Assembly: GCA_028826165.1 (NCBI GenBank)
Contig: JAPDFW010000124.1
Span: 62,001-126,000, forward strand
Origin: Anaeramoeba ignava BMAN
Taxonomy: Eukaryota > Protista > Anaeramoebae
DNA: 64,000 bases
Reading direction: 5' to 3'
Below the pieces are notes generated by a model, which made no database searches, was not told the DNA's origin, and was given only the letters and a program-made list of their open reading frames with translations. Below, one piece after another: positions 51,391-63,393 of the stretch. Position 1 is the stretch's first letter. The number at the start of each line of letters is the position of its first letter. Made by a program: the position numbers and the translations under genes.

Positions 51391-54300
51391 TCAATTTGAT
51401 ATTTTTTGCAAATAAATTTTCACTAAATTTTGAATTTGAACACTAAAAATTTTTGACAAATAAATTTCCTCAAAATTTTCAATTGAAAAACTAAGTTGAG
51501 CCAAGCAAATAATTGTATATTTTCTAATTTCTACATTTTCATCATAAACTAATTTCTTCAAAAAAAATAAAATCAACTTAATCTGTGAAGAAACTATTTG
51601 ATTTGAATTTGCAATTTTGATTGTTTGAATCAAAATTTCAAGAACAATTTTAATTGAAATGAAATGACGAGAAACTTGAAAATTTTTGGAAAATAAATTC
51701 CTGATAAATTGAGTTATAATTCCAAAAACTTTTGAAACATCAAGTTTTGAAATGATTAAAGTAATAACTTTTTTCAACATCCAAAATTGATTTTCATCTA
51801 AAAAATCTGTTTTTGATAAACTTGGCGATATTAATAATTGATTAACAATTTGTTGAGAATAATTCATGAAAAAATCTTCATTTTTTACAATTAAAATCTT
51901 CTTTAAAATCTCAAGAATAATTTCATCTTCATTTAAATCATGGAAATGATTATTTGTTCTTGATTTTCTTCGTTTTGAATTGGTTTTGATTCTTTTTATT
52001 AATGCTTGAATTATCTCCAAGAATTCTTCATCTTTTTTTGGTTGATTTTCTTCTGATAATATTTGTAATAACTGTCTAAGACTTGCTTCACAATTCTCAT
52101 TTCCTTTTTGAATCATATTTACTAAATACATTATAATTTTGTTTCTTTGGTTTTTCTTTGAGTTCATTATATTATTTGTTTTTGGGAAATCATTTTCAAT
52201 AAATTTTGTTCCTAGTTTTTCTAAATTTCCTCCAAATTCCTTTTCATTTCCCGTATTTTTTTGGAATTGATTCCATTCATTCTGGAAATTTGGTTCTTCT
52301 TTTCGTAAAATATGGGAAATTTTTGTTCTTAATTCATAAGAAAGAAGTGTTAAATTCTTGAAAAATAATTGAGAATCAAGTGTATAAATTGTTACGATTA
52401 TAAATTCTGTCATTTTCATTTCTTTTGGTTCTGGATTCTCTAAAAAAATTGATATTTTTTCCATTAGAGTATTGATTTTCATTTTGTTTTTCATTTCATT
52501 TTTGTCAAAAGATTTACACATTTCTTCAATAATTTCAGAAATTAATTGCAAAATGTTTAATTTTGATTTAATAGATTCAGCAGAAAGCAATTCTGTTAGG
52601 AAATCAAGGATAATTGATTCATCATAAATTGTTATAATTTTATGAATTAAAATATTTGCAATTTGTTTGATTAATTTGTTGTCATTTGATAGATATTCCA
52701 CAATTTGAGGAATTATTTTTTCAAGATAATTTTCCATTTGAATTTGATATTGATTAAAAAGTTCCATCAATATTTCCATACAAATTATAATAATGCTGAT
52801 TTCCTTACATTTCATATTATCAATTACTATTTGGATAATTCTATGTAATTGATTTTGATCCTGAATAATTTGTTGGATATATATTTTTAATTTATTAAAT
52901 GATTCTTTTTTTAGATTTAAATTTAATTTTGGATTTGAATTTGAATTTGAATTTGAATTTGATTTTGAATTTAAATTTAATTTTGAATTTGAATTTGAAT
53001 TTGAATTTGAATTTGAATTTGAATTTAATTTTGAATTTGAATTTAATTTTGATTTTGAATTTAAATTTAATTTTGAATTTGAATTTGAATTTGGATTTAA
53101 TTTTGATTTTGATTTTGATTTTGAATTCGAGAGAATATTGATTATATTAGTGATTGAGTCTTGTTTTTGATTGATTTTGCTTATTGAGGAAGTTATTTGA
53201 TAAATTTTTTTTTGGTTCAAATTTTGATTTTTAAATTGATTTTGATTTTGATTTTGATTTTGATTTTGATTTTGATTTTGATTTTGATTTTGATAATTGA
53301 TTGAATTCAATTTGAAGTTGTAAGAAATGGATCTTGGAGTATTTCTTTTAATTTTGATTAGATTTTCTTTTTGATTTTGATTTTCATTTTTAAATTCATT
53401 TTTAAATTGAATTTGATTTTCTTTTTTAAATTCATTTTTAAATTCATTTTGATTTTGATTTTTAAATTCATTTTGATTTTGATTTTGAATTTGATTTTGA
53501 TTTTTAAATTCATTTTGATTTTTAAATTCATTTTTAAATTGATTTTGAGTTTGATTTTGATTTTGATTTTGATTTTTAAATTCATTTTTAAATTCATTTT
53601 TAAATTGATTTTGATTTTGATTTTGATTTTGATTTTGATTTTGATTTTGATTTTTAAATTCATTTTTAAATTCATTTTTAAATTCATTTTTAAATTGAAT
53701 TTGATTTTGATTTTTAAATTCATTTTGATTTTTAAATTCATTTTTAAATTCATTTTTAAATTGATTTTGATTTTTAAATTCATTTTGATTTTGATTTTGA
53801 TTTTTAAATTCATTTTTAAATTCATTTTTAAATTCATTTTTAAATTCATTTTTAAATTGAATTTGATTTTGATTTTTAAATTCATTTTGATTTTTAAATT
53901 GATTTTTAAATTCATTTTTAAATTCATTTTTAAATTCATTTTTAAATTGATTTTGATTTTGATTTTTAAATTCATTTTGATTTTTAAATTGATTTTGATT
54001 TTTAAATTCATTTTGATTTTGATTTTGATTTTCTTTTTTAAATTGATTTTTAAATTTATTTTGATTTTGATTTTGATTTTGATTTTGATAATTGATTGAA
54101 TTCAATTTGAAGTTGTAAGAAATGGATCTTGGAGTATTTCTTTTAATTTTGATTGGATTTTCTTTTTGATTTTGATTTTGATTTTTAAATTGATTTTGAT
54201 TTTTAAATTGATTTTGATTTTGATTTTTAAATTCATTTTGATTTTTAAATTCATTTTGATTTTGATTTTTAAATTGAATTTGATTTGGAATTTGATTTGG

Positions 54301-55214
54301 AATTTGATTTGGATTTGAAGTTTCCTTGAATAATAAATCTTTTCTTATTGGAAGTGCCTCCTTTTCCATTAACAAATATTTTCTTGTTTTTTCATCTTGT
54401 TTCATCATTAATTCTCTTCCTGTTTCTGGGAAATGCTCCAAAAAAATCCACATTGCTTTCCTTGCTGTTTTTCTTGATTCTTTTTGAGAATCATGCAAGG
54501 AAACTGCTAATATTTCTTTGATATCATCTTCAAAAAAAAATAATTGATCTGTAGATAGTTTCCTCAAGAATAAATAGGTATATTTAATAGATTTTATTCT
54601 TAAATCTGGGTTATGAGAAATCATATTATTCTTAATATAAGGAATAATTTGAGGCACATTAATATTTTTGCAAACTTGTTTAATACAATTATGACATGAT
54701 TTGGAAATAACTTCGTTTCTTGATCCTGATGATTTGAATAAACTTGGAAATAAATTCTCAAATCCACTTTGGAATTGATTTCTCAAAACTCTTGATAAAT
54801 GAACAATAAAAAAACAAATTTGTTTAACTAAAGTAGAACGTAAATTTAAAACTTGCAAAGAAATTAAATTCAAACAACTTGAAATTAATTCTGGAAATTG
54901 ACCAAATTTTGGATAAATATCTCCATTTAAAATTCCATGAAATCGGATAATTCCTTCATGTCTAATAGACCATTGCTCATTTTTAAGTGAATTCTTAAAT
55001 TTGATAATTTCTTTTTCAAGTTCTTCTTTTGATCCAATCTAATTTTTTCAAAATAAAAAATGGAAAAGAAAAAAATGAATTTTAATTTTTTTTTCAAAAT
55101 AAAATTTACAAATATTTTTGAAACTTCTTCTCCAACTTTTTCCCAACCAATATGTTGAAAAGCTTCTTTTTTCCATTGGTTATTTTGATTATTTGAAATT
55201 TTTCCAAATTCCAT
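51391..55214 (-). CDS. CLASP: CLASP (CLIP-associating protein; TOG/HEAT repeats), 2 exons, ~1250 aa
   Basis: Exons 55214-55110 and 55038-51391. CLASP_N signatures IGSKEELEKE..WSIRHE..NLRSTLVKQICFFI..HDSQKESRKTAR; C-terminal HEAT DENVEIRKYTIICL..QNLVKIY; central N/Q/F/K low-complexity tract. Confidence 0.87.
52910..54315 (-). repeat. Coding microsatellite in CLASP (NQ/NEFK/NS repeats) with an internal direct duplication
   Basis: AATCAA/AATGAA/TTTAAA/AATTCA hexamers; the unique segment encoding IKIKRNTPRSISYNFKLNSINYQ occurs at ~53291-53358 and ~54087-54154. Confidence 0.93.
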
Positions 55215-55419
55215 TTTTCTTTTTTTTTGATCAAAATTGGGATTTTTTTTTTAAAAAAAAAAGATTTGAAAAAAAACAAAAAAATGATCAATTAAATTTT
55301 GTTTTCTTTTTGAATAAAAGAAGAACAAAAATGCCAGAAAATAATAACAATAACAATAACATAAATCAATAAGAATAATCCAAACCAATAACATTTACAT
55401 TTGACTTTGAATTATTAAA

Positions 55420-56570
55420 GTAATAAAATATTGAAATAAAATTAAATAAATTTTTTATTAAATATTTATAATAATTATTAATATATTTTAATTATAATTT
55501 TAATTATAGATCTTTTTATATTATTATTTTAAATTAAAATATTGTAAGAAATCAAATAATTTCTATTAAAAATGTTGAAATAAAATTAACTAAATTTTTA
55601 TTAAATATTTATAATAATTATTAATTTATTTTAATTATAATTATAATTATAGATCTTTTTATATTATTATTTTAAATCAAAATATTGTAATAGATTTAAT
55701 AATTTCTATTAAAAATATTGAAATAAAATTAAATAAAATTTTTTATTAAATATTTATAATAATTATTAATTTGTTTTAATTATAATTATAATTATAGATC
55801 TTTTTATATTATTATTTTAAATCAAAATATTGTAATAAATTTAATAATTTTTATTAAAAATGTTGAAATAAAATTAAATAAATTTTTATTAAATATTTAT
55901 AATAATTTTTAATATGTTTTAATTATAATTATAATTATAGATCTTTTTATATTATTATTTTTAAATTAAAATATTGTAATAGATTTAAATAATTTTATTA
56001 AAAATATTGAAATAAATTTAAATAAAGGTGAAAATTTTTATTAAATATTTATAATAATTATTAATTTATTTTAATTATAATTTTAATTATAGATCTTTTT
56101 ATATTATTATTTTAAATTAAAATATTGTAATAAATTTAATAATTTTTATTAAAAATATTGAAATAAAATTAAATAAAAAAGGTGAAAAATTTTTATTAAA
56201 TATTTATAATAATTATTAATTTATTTTAATTATAATTATAATTATAGATCTTTTTATATTATTATTTTAAATCAAAATATTGTAATAGATTAAATAATTT
56301 TTATTAAAAATATTGAAATAAAATTAAATAAAAAAAGGTGAAAAATTTTTATTAAATATTTATAATAATTATTAATTTATTTTAATTATAATTATAATTA
56401 TAGATCTTTTTATATTATTATTTTAAATCAAAATATTGTAATAAATTTAATAATTTTTATTAAAAATATTGAAATAAAATTAAATAAAAAAGGTGAAAAA
56501 TTTTTATTAAATATTTATAATAATTATTAATTTATTTTAATTATAATTTTAATTATAGATCTTTTTTAAA
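55420..56570. repeat. 143-157-bp A/T minisatellite, 8 copies
   Basis: AGATCT recurs at ~55508, 55651, 55796, 55939, 56091, 56245, 56402, 56557; later units carry an added AAAGGTG insert. Confidence 0.94.
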
Positions 56571-57117
56571 TATTAGATTTACTTGAATATTAGAAGTAAA
56601 TTAAATAATTTTTTATTGATCTTTTTATTAATAATAAAAATTTTTTTTTCTTTTTTATTTAATTTTATTTCAATTAAAAAGGAGAAGCAAAAAAGAAAAA
56701 CAAAAAAATGGAAAGAAGAAAATGAATAAGAATAAGAAAATCAAAGAATTTCCTTTATTTTCTTTTTATTAATTATTGTAAAAAGAACTTTTTTTTTTTT
56801 AATTAAATATTGAACTAATAAAATTTTAATTAAAAAAAAATAAAAAAATTTTTTTCTTTTCTTTTTTTTTCTTTTTATTTTTAATTACTTTCCATTTATT
56901 TTTTAATAATAAAATGAATTAGATCTTATTAATTAAAAAAATTATAAATTAAAATAATTAAATAAAAATAATTAAAATAATTAAAAATGAAAATTTTTTT
57001 TTTCAATTTTTTTTTTACATTTTTTTTTTTGGATTGGATTGAAATTTTTTTAATTGTTTGTTTTTTTTGCTTGTTTAAAAAATATAAAAAAAACAAAAAC
57101 AACACATTAAAAAATTA

Positions 57118-57213
57118 AAATAATTGAAATATTAATACTTGGTTGTTTGTGGAGTCTATCTAAAAAATAGATAGAGTTCACAAACAACCAAGTATTAATT
57201 GTTTTAATTATTT
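57118..57213 (+). ncRNA. Isolated long hairpin, pri-/pre-miRNA-like candidate
   Basis: 57131-57162 pairs with 57168-57199 (32 positions: 30 Watson-Crick, 1 G.U, 1 G:G) around an A5 loop. A further 12-bp basal stem pairs 57118-57129 with 57202-57213 (one G.U). The hairpin is certain; RNA-gene status is inferred. Confidence 0.5.
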
Positions 57214-57325
57214 GATTTGATTTGATTTGATTTGATTTGATTTGATTTGAGTTGATTTGATTTGATTTGTTGATTTGATTTAATTTGTTGATTTAAGTTG
57301 ATTTGATTTGATTTGATTTGATTTG
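57213..57325. repeat. (GATTT)n microsatellite
   Basis: About 20 units immediately 3' of the hairpin. Confidence 0.95.
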
Positions 57326-57649
57326 TTTTGGGTATAAAATTATTCAAAAAGGAAATTAAAATTTTCATTAATTCAATTTTTGTTCCACCTTTCCAAATTT
57401 AAAAATAAAATAAAAACAAAACTCTTTTTTCTTTTTGTTTATTTCTTTTTAATTTTAAGATCACAAAAATAAAAAATAAAAAGGGGAATAAATTGACTTA
57501 AAAAATTTAAATTAAAATAAACATAAAAAACACGAAAGAAAATTAATAATTTATCTTTTTTTTTCCTTTTTAATTCAATAATAATAAAAATCAAAAAAAA
57601 ATAAAAGAAAAAAATTTTTCTCATTGATCATTTAAAATCCAAAAAAAAT

Positions 57650-58530
57650 TTCTCAATTCAATTTAATTTAATATTCAATTTTTATCCAATTTAATTCAAT
57701 TCAATTTAATATTTCACCCAATTCAATATTATTTAATATTCATTTAATATTTCAATATTTAAATTCAATATTTAATATTCAATTATTTTATTTAATATTC
57801 AATTCAATTCAAATTCAATATTTAATTCAATTTAATTAATTTTAATTTAATTCAATTTAAATTTAATATTAATATTATTTATTTAAATATTCAATATTTA
57901 ATTCAATTCAATATTTAATTTATTTCAATATTTATTTCATTCCAATTTCAAATTTCAATTCAATATTTCAATTCAATATTTATTCAATATTCAATTCAAT
58001 TTTCATTTATTTAATTCAATATTTATTCCGATATTTAATTCAATTTCAATTTAATTCAATATTTAATTCAATTCAATTTTCAATTTATTTATTCAATCAA
58101 AATTTAATTTCAATATTTAACACAATTTAATCAATATTTCAATTCAATATTTTTCAATTCAATTCAATTTAATATTTAATTCAATTCATTTTTAATTCAA
58201 TATTCAATATTTAATTCAATATTTAAATATTCAATTATTCAATGTTTGAATTTAATATTTGAATACAATTCAATATTTAATTTTAATATTTATTAATTCA
58301 ATTCAATATTTAATACCAATATTTAATTCATTTCAATTTTTAATTCAATATTTAATTCAATATTTATTTCAATATTTAATTTAATGTTCAATTTAATATT
58401 CAATTCAATATTTAATTCAATATTCATTTCAATATTTAATTCAATATTCATTTCAATATTTAATATTTAATTTAATTCAATATTTAATATTCAATATTTA
58501 TTTCAATATTTATTTCAATATTCAATTTAA
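57650..58530. repeat. Highly degenerate TTCAA/TTCAATATTTAA satellite
   Basis: Noisy units directly downstream of the ATG2-like stop codon. Confidence 0.85.
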
Positions 58531-58533
58531 TAT

Positions 58534-61500
58534 TTAATTATCAGAAAATAAAATTTTTTGAGCTTTCTTTTTTCCTTTTTTAGAAGTTTTAACAGTTTCT
58601 TGAGAAATTGTTACAATAACATCTTGAACTAAATTTTGATAACTACTAGATTTTTGAATTTTTAATCTTGTTTCATTCCAAATATTATTTATTTTATTTG
58701 CAGAATCCCAAAAGAAATTGATTACAGGAAGTCCATGAATTTTTTCTTTAGATAAAGATTTTTTATAAAGTTTTAAAATTTTATCAAAAATATTATACCA
58801 TCCATCAATCTAAATAATATTGAATAATTAAATAAATAAATAAATAATTAATTAATTAATTAGAAAATGTTTTTCCAATTTTTCGATTTTTTGATTTTTA
58901 GTTTTATTTACCCCATTATCTATTATTTCTGGAAATTGAAATGTATTACAATTTGTATCAAATGTAAAATTGAAAAATTTGGTGTTTAAAAACATTATTT
59001 TTGCAGGAAATGATTTTACTTCCAAACGTTCTAAAAAATAAATAAATTTTGAATATAAAATTGAATTTGAATTTAATTTAGAATTTAAAATAATTTACGA
59101 AAAAATGGTCGAATTTCATCCAAATTTGCATTTTTAGAAGGAGAAAAAAATTGATTTAAAAAAATAAAAGAATTCTCATCAATTTTCAAATTTAAACGAA
59201 GAATACGAAAATAAAATCTGAATTCAAAAATATTTGGATATGGAATAACATAATCTAAATGAGCATCAATTATAGGGTTTAAATCATCATCAGAAATACC
59301 TTCTGTGCATAAAAATGTTGCGAGATCAATTATATCTGAATTTGAATTTAAATTTGAATCTGATTTTGATTTTGGAGTTGATTTAAATTTTGGAAATAAT
59401 TTGAAATAACTATTTGTTTTTTTCTCATTTTTTGGTGTTGAATTTTCTGATTCAGTTTTCGTTTCTTCGTTATTCATTTTTTCTTGTTGAAGGAAATTAT
59501 AAAACTGAAGATTTTTTGCTGAAAAATTAATTCTAAATCTTCCTAATTGATTTCGAGGAAAAAGTTCAAAATAAAAATTAAACAATTCAAAATGGAAAAT
59601 CATTTTTGTATCAAATTCATTATTTGGATTATCTGAAGAAACGTTTAAATTGATCATTAAATTGGTTGAAATTTCAATTGATAAAATTCGAGATTTACAA
59701 TCAAAAATTCCCTTTTTTAATTTTTGTTCTTGAATAAGATAGTTTTTTTTGATTTTAAGTTTCTTCTCATCATCACCATTATCAAGAAACCATTTTATAA
59801 TAGGATATTCAACTTCTTCTCCCAGTTTTTGATTTGGTAAAGTTGGTTGGTTATAGTTAATTATGTTAAATTGATGTGAATCACCTGAAAATGAATTAGT
59901 TGCTTTGTTTTTTGGGAAATTAAATAATTTTTTAAATGTATCCAAAATTTCCAATAAACTTAAATAAGATGAAGATGTGAAATTTAATTGCAATAAATTT
60001 TGATTAAAAATATAATCTAAAGTGTGAATTGTTTCATTTTCATTTTCATTTTCATTTTCATTTTCATTTTCATTTGGATTTTCATTTAAGTTAATTATAA
60101 CACCAAAATTTTTAGAAAATCCAATTTTGGTTTGACTTGGTTTATTTTGTTCATTTTTTTCATTTTTAACATTTTTTTCATTTACTAGGAAAATATTTAC
60201 GTCTTGGAATTGAAATGAGAATAATTTTGAGTTAAATTTAGGTTCATTTTTAACACTAAATTTTGATAAATCCCAAATTATTGATTTTTGAATTGATGAA
60301 CTTGCATCAAATTTAAGTAATACATCTTCTCCTGAAAAATAATAACTTTTTCTTGCGTTTTTTTGAGCAGGTTCTTGAGATTGGAACATTGGTTTTAAAT
60401 AGTCTAATAAATTAGAAATAACTAAAGGACAAGTAAATTTGAAATTGAAATCTTTTAAATGAAAATCAAGAACAATTTCTTGATTACATTTTTTTTTAGT
60501 ATAAGAAGAACGGTTATTGAAGTAAATCAATGAGAGCATTTTTGGATACTGATTTTGAATTGAAATATCTGTATTCTGCTCTGTATTTTGGATATTTTCA
60601 TTGATATCTTGATCCTGAATAATTTTTGGATCTTTTTCTTTTTTGGAAATTAATTTGAAGAAATCAATATCATTTTTATTATAAACATGAAAGAAAGATT
60701 GACCTGTAACAAAGAGAGAATCTTTATTATCAGTCTTATTATGCGAATGAATAGTCTTATGAATTAACTGCAGATTTTCTATTTGAAGAGATAGATAGTC
60801 TATATTGTTTTTCATCAGATTTTTAGCAATAACTGCTGAAATATTTTCAAATTCAAAAGAAAATATATTGTTTTGAGTATTTTTTTCCTTTTCATCTGTT
60901 TTTGTTTTTAAATTATTGTTGATTTCTTGTGTTAACGAATCCTGGTTTGAAATGGTAAATATTGAGTCTTTCAAAGAAAAATACAGTTCGTTGATTTGGA
61001 AAAAAAATGCATAAGTTTTTTGAGGTGAATCAAACAATTTTTGATAAATATTTTTGATCCAATTTTGAAGTGTATTGAATTTATAGTTGGAAATTCTGAT
61101 TATTGGTATGAAAATTTTGAATATTACATTTGAATTTTGCTCAATTTCCACTTTGTTTTCATTGATTGATTTTTCATCAGATGAATTTTGAGAAAAAGTA
61201 TAATAATCACCAGCTAAATCATGTCTTTCAAACTCTTTTTTTTCGTCTTGCGATTCAGTAAGTAAAAATCTCACCATTTGTTTGTGTTCAATCCCAATTT
61301 TTGGATAATGGAAAATGATTTGTATTGATGGATTTGGATTTCCTTTGTCATTTCCTTGAACTAGAACTGGTTTTTTTTCAATCATGATTGAATTGATGTT
61401 ATTTTTGAGAAAAAAGAAATAGTTTTTAAATGCAAAATTAATTTCCTCAAAAATGTTTTGAGTTGATAAAGTAAGATCTTGGAAATTATTATCACAAAAA

Positions 61501-63387
61501 TCTGCATTATTATTAATTCGGATTCCGACTTTCTCTATTGATTTTGATTCTATTTGTATTTGCGTAATTTTTGAAGTGTTGTTCCAATTGTAAATGATTT
61601 CTTGCATGCAAAAAATAAATGCGTTTATCATTTTGTTTATATCTTGATCTTCAATATCAATATTGATTCTTGAAAATTCATAAATGAAAATTTCCATTAA
61701 ATTATCATTTGTAAATAAATTTGCTGTGATCAAAGAGTTCGAGTTTGTATTTTCAAACGAGAGGATTTCTTTTCTTTCTTTGTTTTCTTTTTGATATAAA
61801 GCAAATCTTTTGAATGATAAATCGGTAAAATTTTTTGTTTTTGAAATGAAAGCAATTCTTTTGATGAATGATCCAAATTTATATCGGAATATTTGATCAT
61901 TATTTTCAAAGTTATTATTGATAAAAGGAAATTGAACGGAGAATTTTTTAATTGAAATTATCAAAAAAGTTGCAACATTTTCAAATGGAAATGAAGTTTT
62001 TGTTTTGAAATTAAACGGATTATTTTGAAATTTGAAAATTTTTTTAATTTCATCAATTGTTTTTGTGAAAAGTTGATTTGGGTCTTCATTGGAATCATTC
62101 TCCAATGATTTTCTAATATTTTCTATTTGTTTCTCATTTGGATTTTTTTTTTGGAATGGTATTGAAGTGAATATAAAAGGATTTGAGAAAAAGAAGTTGC
62201 TAATAATTTGCAATAAATTAAGCAAAGGATGTAAATTCTCAATTTTTGGTTGTTGGAAAATCAATTCTTGAAATTTTAAATAGACAAAATTTTTGCAAAT
62301 GATTTTGTTTTCATTTTGTTTGAAATCATTAGAATTTTGATTTTCTTGTAAATTATGATCAAATCCATGAAATAGTTTCATTTCCTGCAATTTAAATGAG
62401 CATAATTGATTGTAATTTTGAGATCCATTAATTTTGTATTGAATTAAAAGGTTATTTTTTTGTTTTTTTTGAAAAAACTAAAATAAAATTAAATATTTTT
62501 TAAGAAGTTAAAAAGAAAAAAATTAATTAATTAATTAATTAAAAGATTAGCTACAAAATGAATAGTAATGATTGTTTTAAAAAATTCTTTTATAATATTC
62601 TCTTTTGGAATTGATCTTTTTTTGTTTTTTGTTTTTGAATTTTGTTTTTCATGAATTTTGATTAAATTAAGTTTTCTTGTGATTTCTATTGGTAAATTAT
62701 CAATGAATATTTCTTTTTGGATTGATTCTTCTTCAAAAATTAAATGGAATGAAATATTTGTGAAAATGTATTTAATTTCTTTAAAGTATTGTGAGTAATG
62801 TTGTTTGAGTTCTTGAATTAAGATAAATTGATGTTCTTCTGGAGTTTTTTCTTTTTGAAGATCATTATTACTAACTATTCAATTTTTTTTGTATAAAATA
62901 TTAATTTAGATTTTAATTTAAATTTTTATTTTGATTTTTTGCTTTAAAATTAGAAGATACTTTTAATTTCTAAAATTTTTAATTTTAAAGAATCAATTTT
63001 AATTTCCCATTTAGAATCTTTTTGATAAGTTAATTCTATTTTTGGAATATCCATTTCAAGTAATTTATAAGGTATATTTGAAAAATTTAAAAAAGAATTC
63101 AATAACTTTTGTTTTGTTTTTAAAAAAAAAAAGAAAAATTAGGAAAAATAATTTAAAATAATTTTAAATTTTAAAATAAAACAAACATTTAAATCAATTT
63201 GTAAAGAATTAAGTGAAAATTTAATTTCATTTGTTTTTGGAATAGAATTTTTTTTTGTTTTTTCATTCTCAATATTTTTAATACAAGTAATTAATTTTGG
63301 ATTAAAAAAAATTGATAAAACACTTTGAATAAAATCATTTTTATCTAAAAAATAAAGATAAAATAAAGGATCTAATTGATTTGACAT
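58534..63387 (-). CDS. ATG2-like bridge lipid-transfer protein (chorein/VPS13 superfamily), divergent, 6 exons, ~1479 aa
   Basis: Exons 63387-63187, 63105-62961, 62874-62555, 62477-59099, 59030-58912, 58809-58534 join in frame. Chorein-N-like LNSLQIDLNLLNSFLNFSNIPYKLLEMDIPKIEL; ATG2-like C-terminal LRLNLKIDENSFIFLNQFF, PFFQRLEV, NGIDGWYNIF. The gene model is firmer than the family call. Confidence 0.65.
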
Positions 63388-63393
63388 GTTTTA

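Noticed and set aside
53358-54099. 217-aa and 242-aa ORFs overlapping CLASP
   Set aside because: Alternative frames of the coding microsatellite with no independent start context or complexity.
48250-56570. CRISPR-like appearance of the regularly spaced repeats
   Set aside because: Whole units repeat with no unique spacers, there are no cas genes, and the context is eukaryotic.
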